Below are positions 1 through 11,354 of a stretch of DNA of 64,000 nucleotides, one piece after another (the first letter of the stretch is position 1; each line of letters starts with the position of its first letter). The notes under the pieces are model-generated. The model was given only the letters and a program-made list of their open reading frames with translations, was not told the DNA's origin and ran no database searches. This DNA is from Haliotis cracherodii (Eukaryota). The position numbers and the translations under genes are program-made. Location: assembly GCF_022045235.1 (NCBI RefSeq), contig NW_027266271.1, forward strand, positions 4,836,001-4,900,000. Direction: 5' to 3'.

Positions 1-580
1 CTACAGCCGATCTACCTGACGTATGTCAACACGTCATGCACTACAACCGATGCACCTAACGTGTGTTAACACGTCAAACACTACAACCGATCTACCAGAC
101 GTATGTTAACACGTCATGCATTGTAACCGATCTACCTGACGTATGTCAACACGTCATGCATTACAACCGATAACCTAATGTATGTCAACACGTCAAACAC
201 TACAACCGACCCACCTGACGTATGTCAACACGTCATGAACTACAACCGATACACCTAACGTGTCAACACGTCAAACACTACAACCGATCTACCTGACAAC
301 ACGCTATGGATTGTAACCTAGACACCTAACGCATGTTAATACGTCATGCATTACAACCGATCTACCCAACGTATGTCAACATGTCATGCACTACAACCGA
401 TCTACCTAACGTGTCAACAAGTCAGACACTACAACCGATCTACCTAACGTGTCAACACGTCAGACACTACAACCGATCTACCTAACGTGTCAACACATCA
501 GACGCTACAACCGATCTACCTCACGTATGTCCATCGATATGCTTAACGTATGTTAACACTTCAAATACTACAACCGATAT
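1..580. repeat. 40-bp minisatellite (CTACAACCGATCTACCTAACGTATGTCAACACGTCATGCA), about 14 diverged copies, runs off the window start
   Basis: CTACA(A/G)CCGA recurs at 1, 41 and 81; some units are 38 bp. Confidence 0.95.
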
Positions 581-889
581 CCATATATTTTTGACAACAT
601 GCTTATGTCAGTCAGCATAAGGTAAAACAGTCCGCAATCTCCATCATTACTTATCTCTGACTTTTGATACGTTATTAAGATCTGCCAAGGAATATGTGAA
701 AACCGTTCAATCCTCGAAAAACATTCTTTCAACAACTCCTCCCCCTTTATGGTGAGAAATTGTAATAATCACGATGTTCTTCATTTACATCAAAGTATTA
801 TATTTCAAATCCCCAGCAGACACGCATACATACGTGGTACTCGTTCACACTCGATAAATCTATTTAAATGGAATAGTTAGGGGTTGGGA

Positions 890-1143
890 GGGCGGTGGTA
901 ACTAAAAAAGTTAAGGGTCTATCGTAGTAATCAGATATATTGTCAGCTTCCTGTACGAGAGAATACTACTAGTCATACAACAACAACACATTTATGAACA
1001 CTTAGATTTTTTAACCTTAGCGGGATACGAAGATGCAACCCCTTGTAGTCCTTCATGCTACTCCCTGTGCTACGGAGATTGTTGTCGTCAAAGGTGTCAA
1101 GCTTGCTAGTCACCATTAACCGAGTTAGGTGAAGTTGTACATT
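890..1143 (-). repeat. Dispersed ~250-bp repeat with an internal tRNA-like segment, copy 1
   Basis: Colinear with 11355-11624 (GGTCTATCGTAG, TTGTCAGCTTCC, TTGTAGTCCTT, CTGTGCTA.GGAGATTGTTG.CGTCA, CTAGTCAC, TTGTACA). Minus strand of 1013-1078 resembles a tRNA with A/B-box-like motifs. Confidence 0.7.
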
Positions 1144-1180
1144 TTGTTAATACTGTACCGAGTTCTTTATAAGTATGGTG

Positions 1181-1343
1181 AGTGAGTGAGTATGGTTTTA
1201 AGCCGCTTTTAGCAATATTCCAGAAATATCACGGCGGGGGACACCAGAAATGGGCTTCACACATTGTACCCATGTCGGGAATCGAACCCGGGTCTTCGGC
1301 GTGACGAGCTAACGCTTTAACCACTAGGCTACCCGACCGCTCC
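1181..1343 (-). mobile_element. tRNA(Asp)-like SINE, family 1, full length
   Basis: Minus strand has A box TAGCCTAGTGG, GTCAC anticodon-like region, B box GGTTCGATTCC and an (ACTC)n tail. 12-bp TSD ATAAGTATGGTG at 1169-1180 and 1344-1355. Confidence 0.95.
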
Positions 1344-2019
1344 ATAAGTATGGTGGTTAGAGGTATATGTGTTATGCAAGCGCCCGTGGATCTGATTCGC
1401 ACATGTAGTTTCAATACATATATTATACATTTTATCCATATTTGACCTAATGATGCACTTGTTTTAAACGGATTTAATTCTAAACATGTTTATACATGTT
1501 TAGAATTTGAACCCGTAACATGTTTTAAATTCGAAACATTTTCAAATTCTTAATATGTTTAAATTTTAAACATGTTCAAATATGTTGTTATTTAAACGAA
1601 ATTATTTCCATGGATTTTCTTACAGCACTAGGAGTGGAATAGTTAACTGAACAACTCATGTTTACAATTCACACTTAATATTTCTGGCATTAGGCTTTCT
1701 GGAATTAGGCTTATAATTTAACTTAATGTATTTTGCTACACGTTGTAAAGGGTTCAGCATATTTTCTTTTCGCACTTCACCGATGTCATTTTCTACATTT
1801 CGTTGTCAGTACTACAGATTACTATATTATATTATTCGCAAATTTTATTCATAGACACATTCCCAAAACTTAATACACTGCATAAGATCAAGTAGCGCAA
1901 TTGACGGATGCGAGATAACGTTAACATCGGACATGCCCCATATATCCCTGGGTAAATTGGCCTTAGGTTATGAAACGTCTATCGAAAGCAATTTATCATA
2001 ACAAACTCTTACAGTGCTA

Positions 2020-4450
2020 ATTTTATGCATAATGTAGTAAATATATTTTGCCAGTCGCGACATACTATTTCTACGTGTGTCTTGCATTAACTCGACAAAT
2101 TTAAACACCCATGGATGTGCATATGAATACTACTTCAGATACAACATTCTTAAATAAGTGTATTTCGGACAGGTCAGTAGAACACGAAATTCGTCTTCTT
2201 CTTCGTTTTCACAAAATGGACAAAGTCCCTGTTTTATCTGTAATTTCAGTCCAGCCCATATACTCCTTTCAATCATAAACATGTGTGAGCTTATAATAAA
2301 CAGTTGAGGGGGCTATCCTATATTTTGCAATGTTAATGCTATTGTGATACATTTCAAAACACAGGGAATCTTTCATAAATATACTCAGTGTGGTATGACT
2401 GAGATCGGATTATTACTGCCTACACAATTGCACATGTATATTGTGGATTCTCTGTATAAAATCCGATAAAAAGCCAACGTTATTTACGATAAATTCCGAT
2501 AACCAAACATAACCAGAACTCATTTAATACATCTCTTACCAAAATGACTCAGCTTTCTTCATAAGGATGGGTTAATTCTGTATTTAACAGGACGTGGTAA
2601 ATAATACTAACATTTCTATTGGGATCACACTTTAAAATTTAATAATAGTCTTAAAGTGATCAGGGGTTCCTAATTCACCATACAAGAACTGGCGGTGTAG
2701 AGGATTAAACACAACATTTTTTTCATAATTCAAAGTTGAACGCTCTCCATTGCCTTGGCTTCTCTGAAAATCCACAGCTCACAACCGTAACATAATAAAG
2801 ATGGTATATTAAAGACTGAAATAATCAACACCAAGGTAGTGGTGAGAATGTATTACTCTGTATAATGTGAGATAAGAGCTTCCCCCCTTCTCTCCCTTGG
2901 GTCTTTGGCATTCAGAGAAACCACCTGATGATGAAAATAAAGCTCCCAGATTCTTAGAATTATTAACCCCAGTTGCATAGGCGTTGTAAATTCACCTTTC
3001 TGTTTTGGCTCATCTTCCACCTTTAATAAAATATTCCATGAATAAAAATCGGCATAGTATTTTAATTGTAAGTAAATACGTTTCTTTTGTCGATAAAATT
3101 TCAGGAAATTTTATACATATATAAGGAATAAGAATTCTATACGCTTTCACAACTTTACCGAAATGAGTGGACTTTCAATGATATCTGACCAAGCTGTATA
3201 TTATATCTAGTACTCATGTAGTAAATTACCATTGACAGCATATCGCCCAGCATTGTTAAATTGGTCAATTGAACACATCTAAATTGTGGATTAAGATGTC
3301 AACCAAACCAGAATAAATTAACATGTTGTTGAAAAAATGGTTTCATCCGCAAATTAACATGGTTACAATATATACAAACAAGGTTATGTAAGGGAGTTTC
3401 CGGAATGAACAGCGATCAGGTTATATTGAAGAGGAGGTGTACTGCATCTGCAGTTGTTCTGAAATACTTCAAGGTGAGGTATTCGCTGTCGTCCGTGCAT
3501 AGGCTGTAACGTCTCATGTAGTTTCACATAGTCCAAATGTTCTGACATGATTTCCATGTATTTGACCGGTATCCAACCCCCACCACAAATGCACATGGAA
3601 CCAGGGGTTTGGATGACTAGCATCCAGTTAACTTCAAATATCCAGAACATCTCGCAAATAAATATGGACCATATCAGTTAACGAAAATTGTCATGTCTGA
3701 AATAAGTGCAAAACTATATTTAATCAAGCTTTACAGATTTTGTAAAGAGCAAGTTTAAATGGAGGTGTATCCCAATCTGACATCCCAAGTTTCCTGTTTC
3801 GTAGAAAATAACCAAATAACCTCAAAGGGGACGGCAACATGTGAAGTTTTTTTGGTTCTGTCTCAGGATTAAACCAGCAAGTTTAGTTGTGTGCAGCTGT
3901 TATATACAATAAGTAACTAAAGGTCCATATCCACATTTAGTTGACCCCTAAGATAAAACAGACCGTACCAGATGTATTCAATCCAATGACTGATTTCATC
4001 AAGAGCTCTACCAGTAGATGTGACAATAGTAGTAAAAGGTAAATTCAAATGTTCATGGAGCCAGATTACAAGATATTAATCAGCATTTATGATATGAATG
4101 TTTTCCAACAATTACAACAAGGCTTTACAAAGTTTGGACTGTAATCTACATGTTATTGTATTGTTACTTTTTATTTTGAAGTTGCCACTTTTTACACCTT
4201 TCAAAAACAAAGATTATAATTGACTGAATGGTCTTCTAATTTGTTGCGATGGTGGTGATCACACACTTGAACCGGTCAATGCCACATTGTAAATAAATGA
4301 TTTGCTGCACCATATCATTAACACATACAAAAAAAACCTGCTTTGTACATGCTCTTAACAGAATAGTCCGTGAGACGATAATATTCATTGAGACAGAAAA
4401 TTGATTTTCGTGCGTATGTAAGTGCCTAGTCATGTTTCCACTTTCACCTT
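2020..4450 (-). mobile_element. Highly decayed RTE-X-like LINE (RT domain to C-terminal zinc knuckle)
   Basis: Manual minus-strand translation: LCPFCENEEEDEFRVLLTCPKY (~2160-2230), LLCYGCELWIFREAKAMESVQL (~2735-2800), YGELG (~2665-2680), AGF (~3870-3880). Many stops and frameshifts; clade call from recalled motif order. Confidence 0.7.
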
Positions 4451-4499
4451 TAGATACCAATGACATAAGTTATGTCTAGAAAACAAAGGAAAGATAAAC

Positions 4500-5190
4500 C
4501 AACCACAGTGTTACATTTCTCCATGATATAACTACAGCAGTGTTACATCCCTCCATGATACAACTACAGCAGTGTTACATTTCTCCATGATACAACTACA
4601 GCAGTGTTACATTTCTCCATGATACAACTACAGCAGTGTTACATTTCTCCATGATACAACTACAGCAGTGTTACATGTCTCCATGATACCACTACAGCAG
4701 TGTTACATGTCTCCATGATACAACTACAGCAGTGTTACATTTCTCCATGATACAACTACAGCAGTGTTACATTTCTCCATGATACAACTACAGCAGTGTT
4801 ACATTTCTCCATGATACCACTACAGCAGTGTTACATGTCTCCATGATACAACTACAGCAGTGTTACATGTCTCCATGATACAACTACAGCAGTGTTACAT
4901 TTCTCCATGATACAACTACAGCAGTGTTACATTTCTCCATGATACAACTACAGCAGTGTTACATTTCTCCATGATACCACTACAGCAGTGTTACATGTCT
5001 CCATGATACAACTACAGCAGTGTTACATGTCTCCATGATACAACTACAGCAGTGTTACATTTCTCCATGATACAACTACAGCAGTGTTACATTTCTCCAT
5101 GATACAACTACAGCAGTGTTACATGTCTCCATGATACATCTACAGCAGTGTTACATGTCTCCATGATACAACTACACAAGTACTACATTT
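4500..5190. repeat. 32-bp minisatellite A (CAACTACAGCAGTGTTACATTTCTCCATGATA), about 21 near-identical copies
   Basis: Direct 32-bp periodicity. Confidence 0.97.
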
Positions 5191-5349
5191 CTCCGTCATA
5201 AAATAGTTAAGTGTTCCTTTTCACTCTGATAAACCAACTAGAGTGCTACATTTTACACTGATAAAACAAATACACTTCTCCATGTTTCCAACATGCTACT
5301 ACTTTGATGCATGTATCCCTGATAAAACAGCTACAGTGATAAAGTTCTC

Positions 5350-6360
5350 CTTGATAAACCAACAACACTGCTATGTTACTCCCCAATAAACCACCAACAC
5401 TGCTATGTTACTCCCCAATAAACCACCAACACTGCTATGTTACTCCCCAATAAACCACCAACACTGCTATGTTACTCCCAAATAAACCACCAACACTGCT
5501 ATGTTACTCCCCAATAAACCACCAACACTGCTATGTTACTCCCCAATAAACCACCAACACTGCTATGTTACTCCCCAATAAACCACCAACACTGCTATGT
5601 TACTCCCAAATAAACCACCAACACTGCTATGTTACTCCCCAATAAACCACCAACACTGCTATGTTACTCTCCAATAAACCAACAACACTGCTATGTTACT
5701 CCCCAATAAACCAACAACACTGCTATGTTACTCCCCAATAAAACGACAACACTGCTATGCTACTCCCCAATAAAACGACAACACTGCTATGTTACTCCCC
5801 AATAAAACAACACTGCTATGTTACTCCCCAATAAAACAACACTGCTATGTTACTCCCCAATAAAACAACACAAGTGCTATAGTACTCTCCAATTAAACGA
5901 CAACAGTGCTATACTACTCCCCAATAAATCGACAATGCTGCTATGTTACTCCCCAATAAAACAACACAAGTGCCATAGTACTCTCCAATTAAACGACAAC
6001 AGTGCTTTACTACTCCCCAATAAATCGACAACGCTGCTATGTTACTCCCCAATAAAACAACACAAGTGCCATAGTACTCTCCAATTAAACGACAACAGTG
6101 CTTTACTACTCCCCAATAAAACGACAACACTGCTATGTTACTCCCCAATAAAACAACAAAACTGCTATGTTACTCCCCAATAAAACAACAAAACTGCTAT
6201 GTTACTCCCTAATAAAACGACACCAGTGCTATAGTACTCCCAAATTAAACGACACCAGTGCTATAGTACTCCCCAATAAAACGACAACACTGCTATGTTA
6301 CTCCCCAATAAAACGACAACACTGCTATGTTACTACCCAATAAAACGTCAACAGTGCTGC
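5350..6360. repeat. 32-bp minisatellite B (AACCACCAACACTGCTATGTTACTCCCCAATA) with a 96-bp trimeric higher-order repeat near 5840-6130
   Basis: Direct periodicity; ORF 5818..6183 repeats every 32 aa (96 bp). Confidence 0.95.
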
Positions 6361-6735
6361 ATATCTCCCTGGTACAATTTTACTGCTTCAATGTTCCCTG
6401 GTAAAAGAATTACAATCCTTCATTTATCCAAAATATCCAAAATAAATAACTACAGTACTGTGTTTATCCCTGATAACCATCTCCCAAATAGATTCACACA
6501 ATACCCCTTCTTCACTGAACGAAAGGTTAGTCACGTGACATTATTGGATCATTCATTACATGAGGTGACCCAAACGCTTTCTTACCTGTGCAATGAGAAG
6601 TTTGTCCCCCATACTTTAGGTGACATGTAATCCTCACAGTAAAACGAAAATAGTCAAACGAAATTTTACTGGCTTTAATCGTTTAACTTCTTTTGAAGTT
6701 GGAGTATGCATTTAGAAGTTTGAGTACTAAGAAAG

Positions 6736-6989
6736 GCTGTGAAGATCCGGGTTAGACTAGATCTTCAACAACCCATGCTTGACGTAAAAGGTGACTATGC
6801 TTGTCGGAAGGGGGGACTAACGGTATCGGGTGGTCAGGCTGGCTTACTTGGTTGATGCATGTCATCGTATCCCAATTGCGTGGTTCGATGCTCATGATAT
6901 CAATCACTGGATTGTCTAGTCCAGACACGATTATCTACAGACCGCCGCCATATAGCTGGAATATTACTGAGTGCGGCGGTAAACAACAA
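6736..6989 (+). mobile_element. SINE family 2 (no tRNA head visible) with duplicated ATGCTTGTCGTAAGAGGCGACT-like motif
   Basis: Body resembles a recalled abundant abalone SINE. 3' tail GCTGGAATATTACTGAGTGCGGCGGTAAACAACAA is homologous to the family 1 tail. Confidence 0.8.
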
Positions 6990-7011
6990 TGAAAAAATGA
7001 AACGACAAAGA

Positions 7012-7159
7012 AAGGATAAGATACATGGATGAACAACATCTGTATTACAATAAGGAGCGACGTTTCGGTGTAGACTGCTTGATAACGGTGTTTGAACCTA
7101 CACCGAAACGTCGCTCTTAATTGCAATAAAGAAGTTGTTTGTCCATATATCCTATCCTT
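7012..7159. mobile_element. Palindromic Penelope-like terminal-repeat remnant (two inverted 62-bp arms)
   Basis: 7012-7073 is the reverse complement of 7098-7159 (53/62 matches, innermost 19 bp perfect). Right arm carries CGAAACGTCG and AATAAAGAAGTTGT. Confidence 0.75.
7077..7114 (+). ncRNA. Minimal type I hammerhead ribozyme core (C3U/G8A variant), probably truncated
   Basis: GC-TTGATAA-C-[GGTGT ttgaacct ACACC]-GAAA-CG-TC-GC: core boxes, 5-bp stem II, palindromic ACGT stem III. Only 2 bp of stem I are visible. Confidence 0.6.
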
Positions 7160-7284
7160 ACTCTTATATGAAAGAAATAGAAATAGAACCACAATTATGA
7201 GTGTCACTACCAGGAACATGAGGGCCGGTTCCAGGTATACGAGTGTCACTACCAGGTACACCTGGACCGGTTCCAGGTATACGA

Positions 7285-7454
7285 GGGGCGGTCGGGTATC
7301 CTAGTGGTTAAAGCGTTAGCTCGTCACGCCGAAGACCCGGGTTCGATTCCCGACATGGGTACAATGTGTGAAGCCCATTACTGGTGTCCCCCGCCGTGAT
7401 ATTGCTGGAATATTGCTAAAAGCGGAGTAAAACCATACTCACTCACTCACTCAC
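7285..7454 (+). mobile_element. tRNA(Asp)-like SINE, family 1
   Basis: A/B boxes and (ACTC)n tail; TSD TCCAGGTATACGA at 7272-7284 and 7455-7467. Confidence 0.95.
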
Positions 7455-7760
7455 TCCAGGTATACGAGTGTCACTACCAGGTACATGATGGCCGGTTCCA
7501 GGTGTACGAGTGTCACTACTAAGTACACCAGGGCCAGTCCCAGTTATACGAGTGTCACTACTAGGTACATGATGGCCGGTTCCACGTATACGAGTGTCAC
7601 TAACAGGTACATGATGGCCGGTTCCACGTATACGAGTGTCACTAACAGGTACATGATGGCCGGTTCCACGTATACGAGTGTCACTAACAGGTAGATGATG
7701 GCCGGTTCCAGGTGTATGAGTGTCACTACTAGGTACACCTGGGCCGGTTCCAGTTATACG

Positions 7761-7926
7761 CGGGCGGTCGGGTAACCTAGTGGTTAAAGCGTTCGCTCGC
7801 CACGCCGAAGACCCGGGTTCGATTCCCGACATGGGTACAATGTGTGAAGCCCATTTCTGGTGTCCCCCGCCGTGATGTTGCTGGAATATTGCTAAAAGCG
7901 GCGTAAAACCATACTCACTCACTCAC
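7761..7926 (+). mobile_element. tRNA(Asp)-like SINE, family 1
   Basis: A/B boxes and (ACTC)n tail; flanked by TCCAG(T/G)TATACG at 7749-7760 and 7927-7938. Confidence 0.95.
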
Positions 7927-8849
7927 TCCAGGTATACGAGTGTCACTACCAGGTACATGATGGCCGGTTCCAGGTATACGAGTGTCTCAACCAGGTACAC
8001 GGGCGCCAGATTTCAGGTATACGATTACCAGTATAATGTGCATGAATGTCACTATCAGGCATATGACCACTACATGTATGAGAGTTTGACTCCCACCCGT
8101 TCAGGACTAAGACTGAAACTTAATATGAAGATGTGTATGTTTGCCGTGTGTGTATTTACGAATTTATTGAGGGTAGTGTCATTCGATAGTCACAATTCCT
8201 TATTTTCTCCGATCCAAGGCGAGCATGTATTTGTATCAATCTAGAGTAATATTTTTTATGGAATTAAGCGCACCATTAATTGGTTAGACAAATAGCATCG
8301 AACAGCACCAGCTTCGAGCAGATAGTTGATTATATCTCATAGATGAGCAGCGACGTGACACATTAAGTCAGTATAACATTATTTAAAGTGAATCAAGACA
8401 GAGAGTCTACCAAGAAGACCTCTGCCGATATCTGACGGTCACGGAATACTAGGCACTTCGTTAAGAATACGCCAATAGGCCAAAACGGATTTCGTTGAGG
8501 ATTATGTATGTGATTAAGTTTTAATACACTTGCTTTATGGTCAAATACGCATAATATTAATAGCATATCTTCGTCATGTAACGAAGCAAATGCCAAACAC
8601 GAACGCAATCTAGCTGCAACAATGATAAGGAGATACAGATGAATGACCAGAACAGCGATTTGGCCAAAGCTATGTCAAGCTACTTATGATGTAGACCCTC
8701 TATAATGAATTCATTTTATAACAAAAGAAGAACCTTAAAACATCATCGTCTACTGGTATGTAGCCAGCTGTGTCTATCATACGGTGGATACATAGACAGG
8801 TGTCGACTGGTATGTAGCTGGTGTGGCTATCATGTCGCTGACCCAGACA

Positions 8850-10062
8850 TAGAAGACACAATCAACAGATGTAGACAGGACACTATACATACATGGAGAC
8901 AGGACACTATACACAGATGGAGACAGGACACTATACATAGATGGAGGCAGGACACTATACATACATGGAGACAGGACACTATACACAGATGGAGACAGGA
9001 CACTATACACAGATGGAGACAAGACACTATACACAGATGGAGACAGGACACTATACACAGATGGAGACAGGACACTATACACAGATGGAGACAGGACACT
9101 ATACACAGATGGAGACAGGACACTAAACAGGCTGGGGAGAGGACACTATACACAGCTGGAGACAGGACACTCTACACAGATGTAGACAAAATACTCTACA
9201 CAAATGGAGACAGGACACTATACATAGATCGAGACAGGACACTATACACAGATGGAGACAGGACACTATACACAGATGGAAACAGGACACTATACACAGA
9301 TGGAAACAGGACACTTTACACAGATGGAGACAGGACACTGCACAGGCTGGGGAGAGGACACTTTACACAGCTGGAGAGAGGACACTATACACAGGTGGAG
9401 ACAGGACACTATACACACATGGAAACAGGACACTAAACACAGACAGAGACAGGACCCTATAAATAGATGGAGACAGGACACTATAAATAGATGGAGACAG
9501 GACACTATACACAGATGTAGACAGGACCCCATACACAGATGTAGACAGGACACCATACAGATGGAGACAGGACACTATAAATAGATGGAGACAGGACACT
9601 ATACACAGATGTAGACAGGACCCCATACACAGATGTAGACAGGACACCATACAGCTGGAGACAGGACACTATACACAGGTGGGGACAGGACACTATACAC
9701 AGGTGGGGACAGGACACTATACACACATGGAAACAGGACACCATACAGATGGAGACAGGACACTATACACAGGTGGGGACAGGACACTATACACAGGTGG
9801 GGACAGGACACTATACACACATGGAAACAGGACACCATACAGATGGAGACAGGACACTATACACAGGTGGGGACAGGACACTATACACAGGTGGGGACAG
9901 GACACTATACACACATGGAAACAGGACACCATACAGATGGAGACAGGACACTATACACAGGTGGGGACAGGACACTATACACAGGTGGGGACAGGACACT
10001 ATACACACATGGAAACAGGACACTAAACACAGACAGAGACAGGACCCTATACAGGCTGGAGA
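8850..10062. repeat. 24-bp minisatellite (GGAGACAGGACACTATACACAGAT) with a 94-bp tetrameric higher-order repeat at ~9650-10025
   Basis: 8-aa periodicity in ORFs; minus-strand ORFs starting at 9744, 9838 and 9932 are offset by 94 bp. Confidence 0.95.
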
Positions 10063-10429
10063 CATATTAATATTATATATATTAATTCCAAAAAGAATAA
10101 AAGTGAATTTTGAAAAATATGACATGAGATTGATTTTTAGTTTGTAAACTTGACAAACAACTGAAGGTGAATTGGACTACCGCCAATGACGTATTTCAAC
10201 CTCACTGCTAGTCTCTCCTGTAAATAATGGCTTCTGTTTTAGTACAGTGCACACAGGCTGTCTGTGTCCATACCTCATTCATGTTTAGGTTTAGATTGAG
10301 ACTGTCGACATACTACATGTTCTCATATTAATATGTGTGCCCGCGCGTGTGTAACATATTACGAACTATGTCAAACAGTAGTCGTTTAAATGAGGCCTGC
10401 TAAATAAGTGTTGTGAGTGTTGTGTGGAA

Positions 10430-10720
10430 GAGAAGCAAGACGGGCCCACCCACGGCGAGAGAGGCAGACAGGTGTCCATGGCACGTCACCTCTATAAGGC
10501 GGAATACTTCACGTATATTGCAAATATTTCTCTTCCTTTTTAGCACGGACCATAAAGCCTCCCCCGTCACATGTGAGCGGAGTTAGTGAGCCCGAGGTGT
10601 CAGCGGCGGCAGCGGGAGTGCGGGCCGGAGGCATACATACACCCGGGTCTGCTTATCGCCACCAATCTGGCGACTTGTCGCACCCTCAACGAAAGCGAGG
10701 ATAAACTGTGTTTTTGAAGT
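10430..10720. promoter_or_regulatory. Unique GC/CpG-rich island, candidate promoter, 5' exon or enhancer
   Basis: More than a dozen CpGs in 10560-10700 against an AT-rich background; CACGTCA and CTATAAG near 10482-10498; E-box CACATG(TG). No coding signal. Confidence 0.3.
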
Positions 10721-11354
10721 TAAAGTATTTGCCTTAGGCTACCTGTTTAGGGATTACATCTCCTCAACAATGATGCAGCGATCCAATGATTTTCAATCGG
10801 GCAGCTACCTTTACGGAAATAGATGTACCAAAGTGAAATGTTTGAGTGTTGGTGGAACGCTGATACCATCGGAATACGTTATGCATAGCTGTTAACAACC
10901 CGATAATACGTTCCCTAAAACTCCGTCGATATTGCCTTGTTTCACATTATCAAACACATCACGCATACTTGGTTAATAATGTCATCATACATGCCAGACA
11001 ACCAACTGTAACTGGGAGGAGAGTGTCACGTTGGGACGACACGTAGGTGAAAGTATGCAGCCTTCACAGTTAAGTGGCAAACCTTAAACAAGTCATTAAT
11101 TTTGCCTGTGTTTGAAAGGTTCATAAACTGAATGTTGACGAGACTAAGGAGAATATAATTACAGCCATCATTAGGCAGGCGTTGAATCTGTGGGATAGCG
11201 TTACTATGGGAACGTGAAGTGATTTATTTCTAACAGTGTTTACAAAATATCGTTTACAAAATATCGCCCATTGTCGTCAACTATGGTTTACATTGAGATG
11301 CAGTTATAATACAGAACATGTAACAAGGTCGTTATAAGTCCTCTCTCTCTCTCT

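Larger units (their letters stand above)
7198..8030. repeat. 42-bp minisatellite (GAGTGTCACTACCAGGTACATGATGGCCGGTTCCAGGTATAC) interrupted by two SINEs
   Basis: 14-aa periodicity in ORF 7485..7694; direct repeats. Confidence 0.93.

Noticed and set aside
4500-6360. 32-bp repeats as a CRISPR array
   Set aside because: Head-to-tail units with no unique spacers, no cas genes, eukaryotic context.
7285-7361. Functional tRNA-Asp gene
   Set aside because: No proper acceptor stem; continues into a SINE body with tail and TSD; five copies in the window.
8568-8613. Hairpin plus CTAG as a Helitron 3' end
   Set aside because: Spacing is too long and CTAG is followed by C rather than T.
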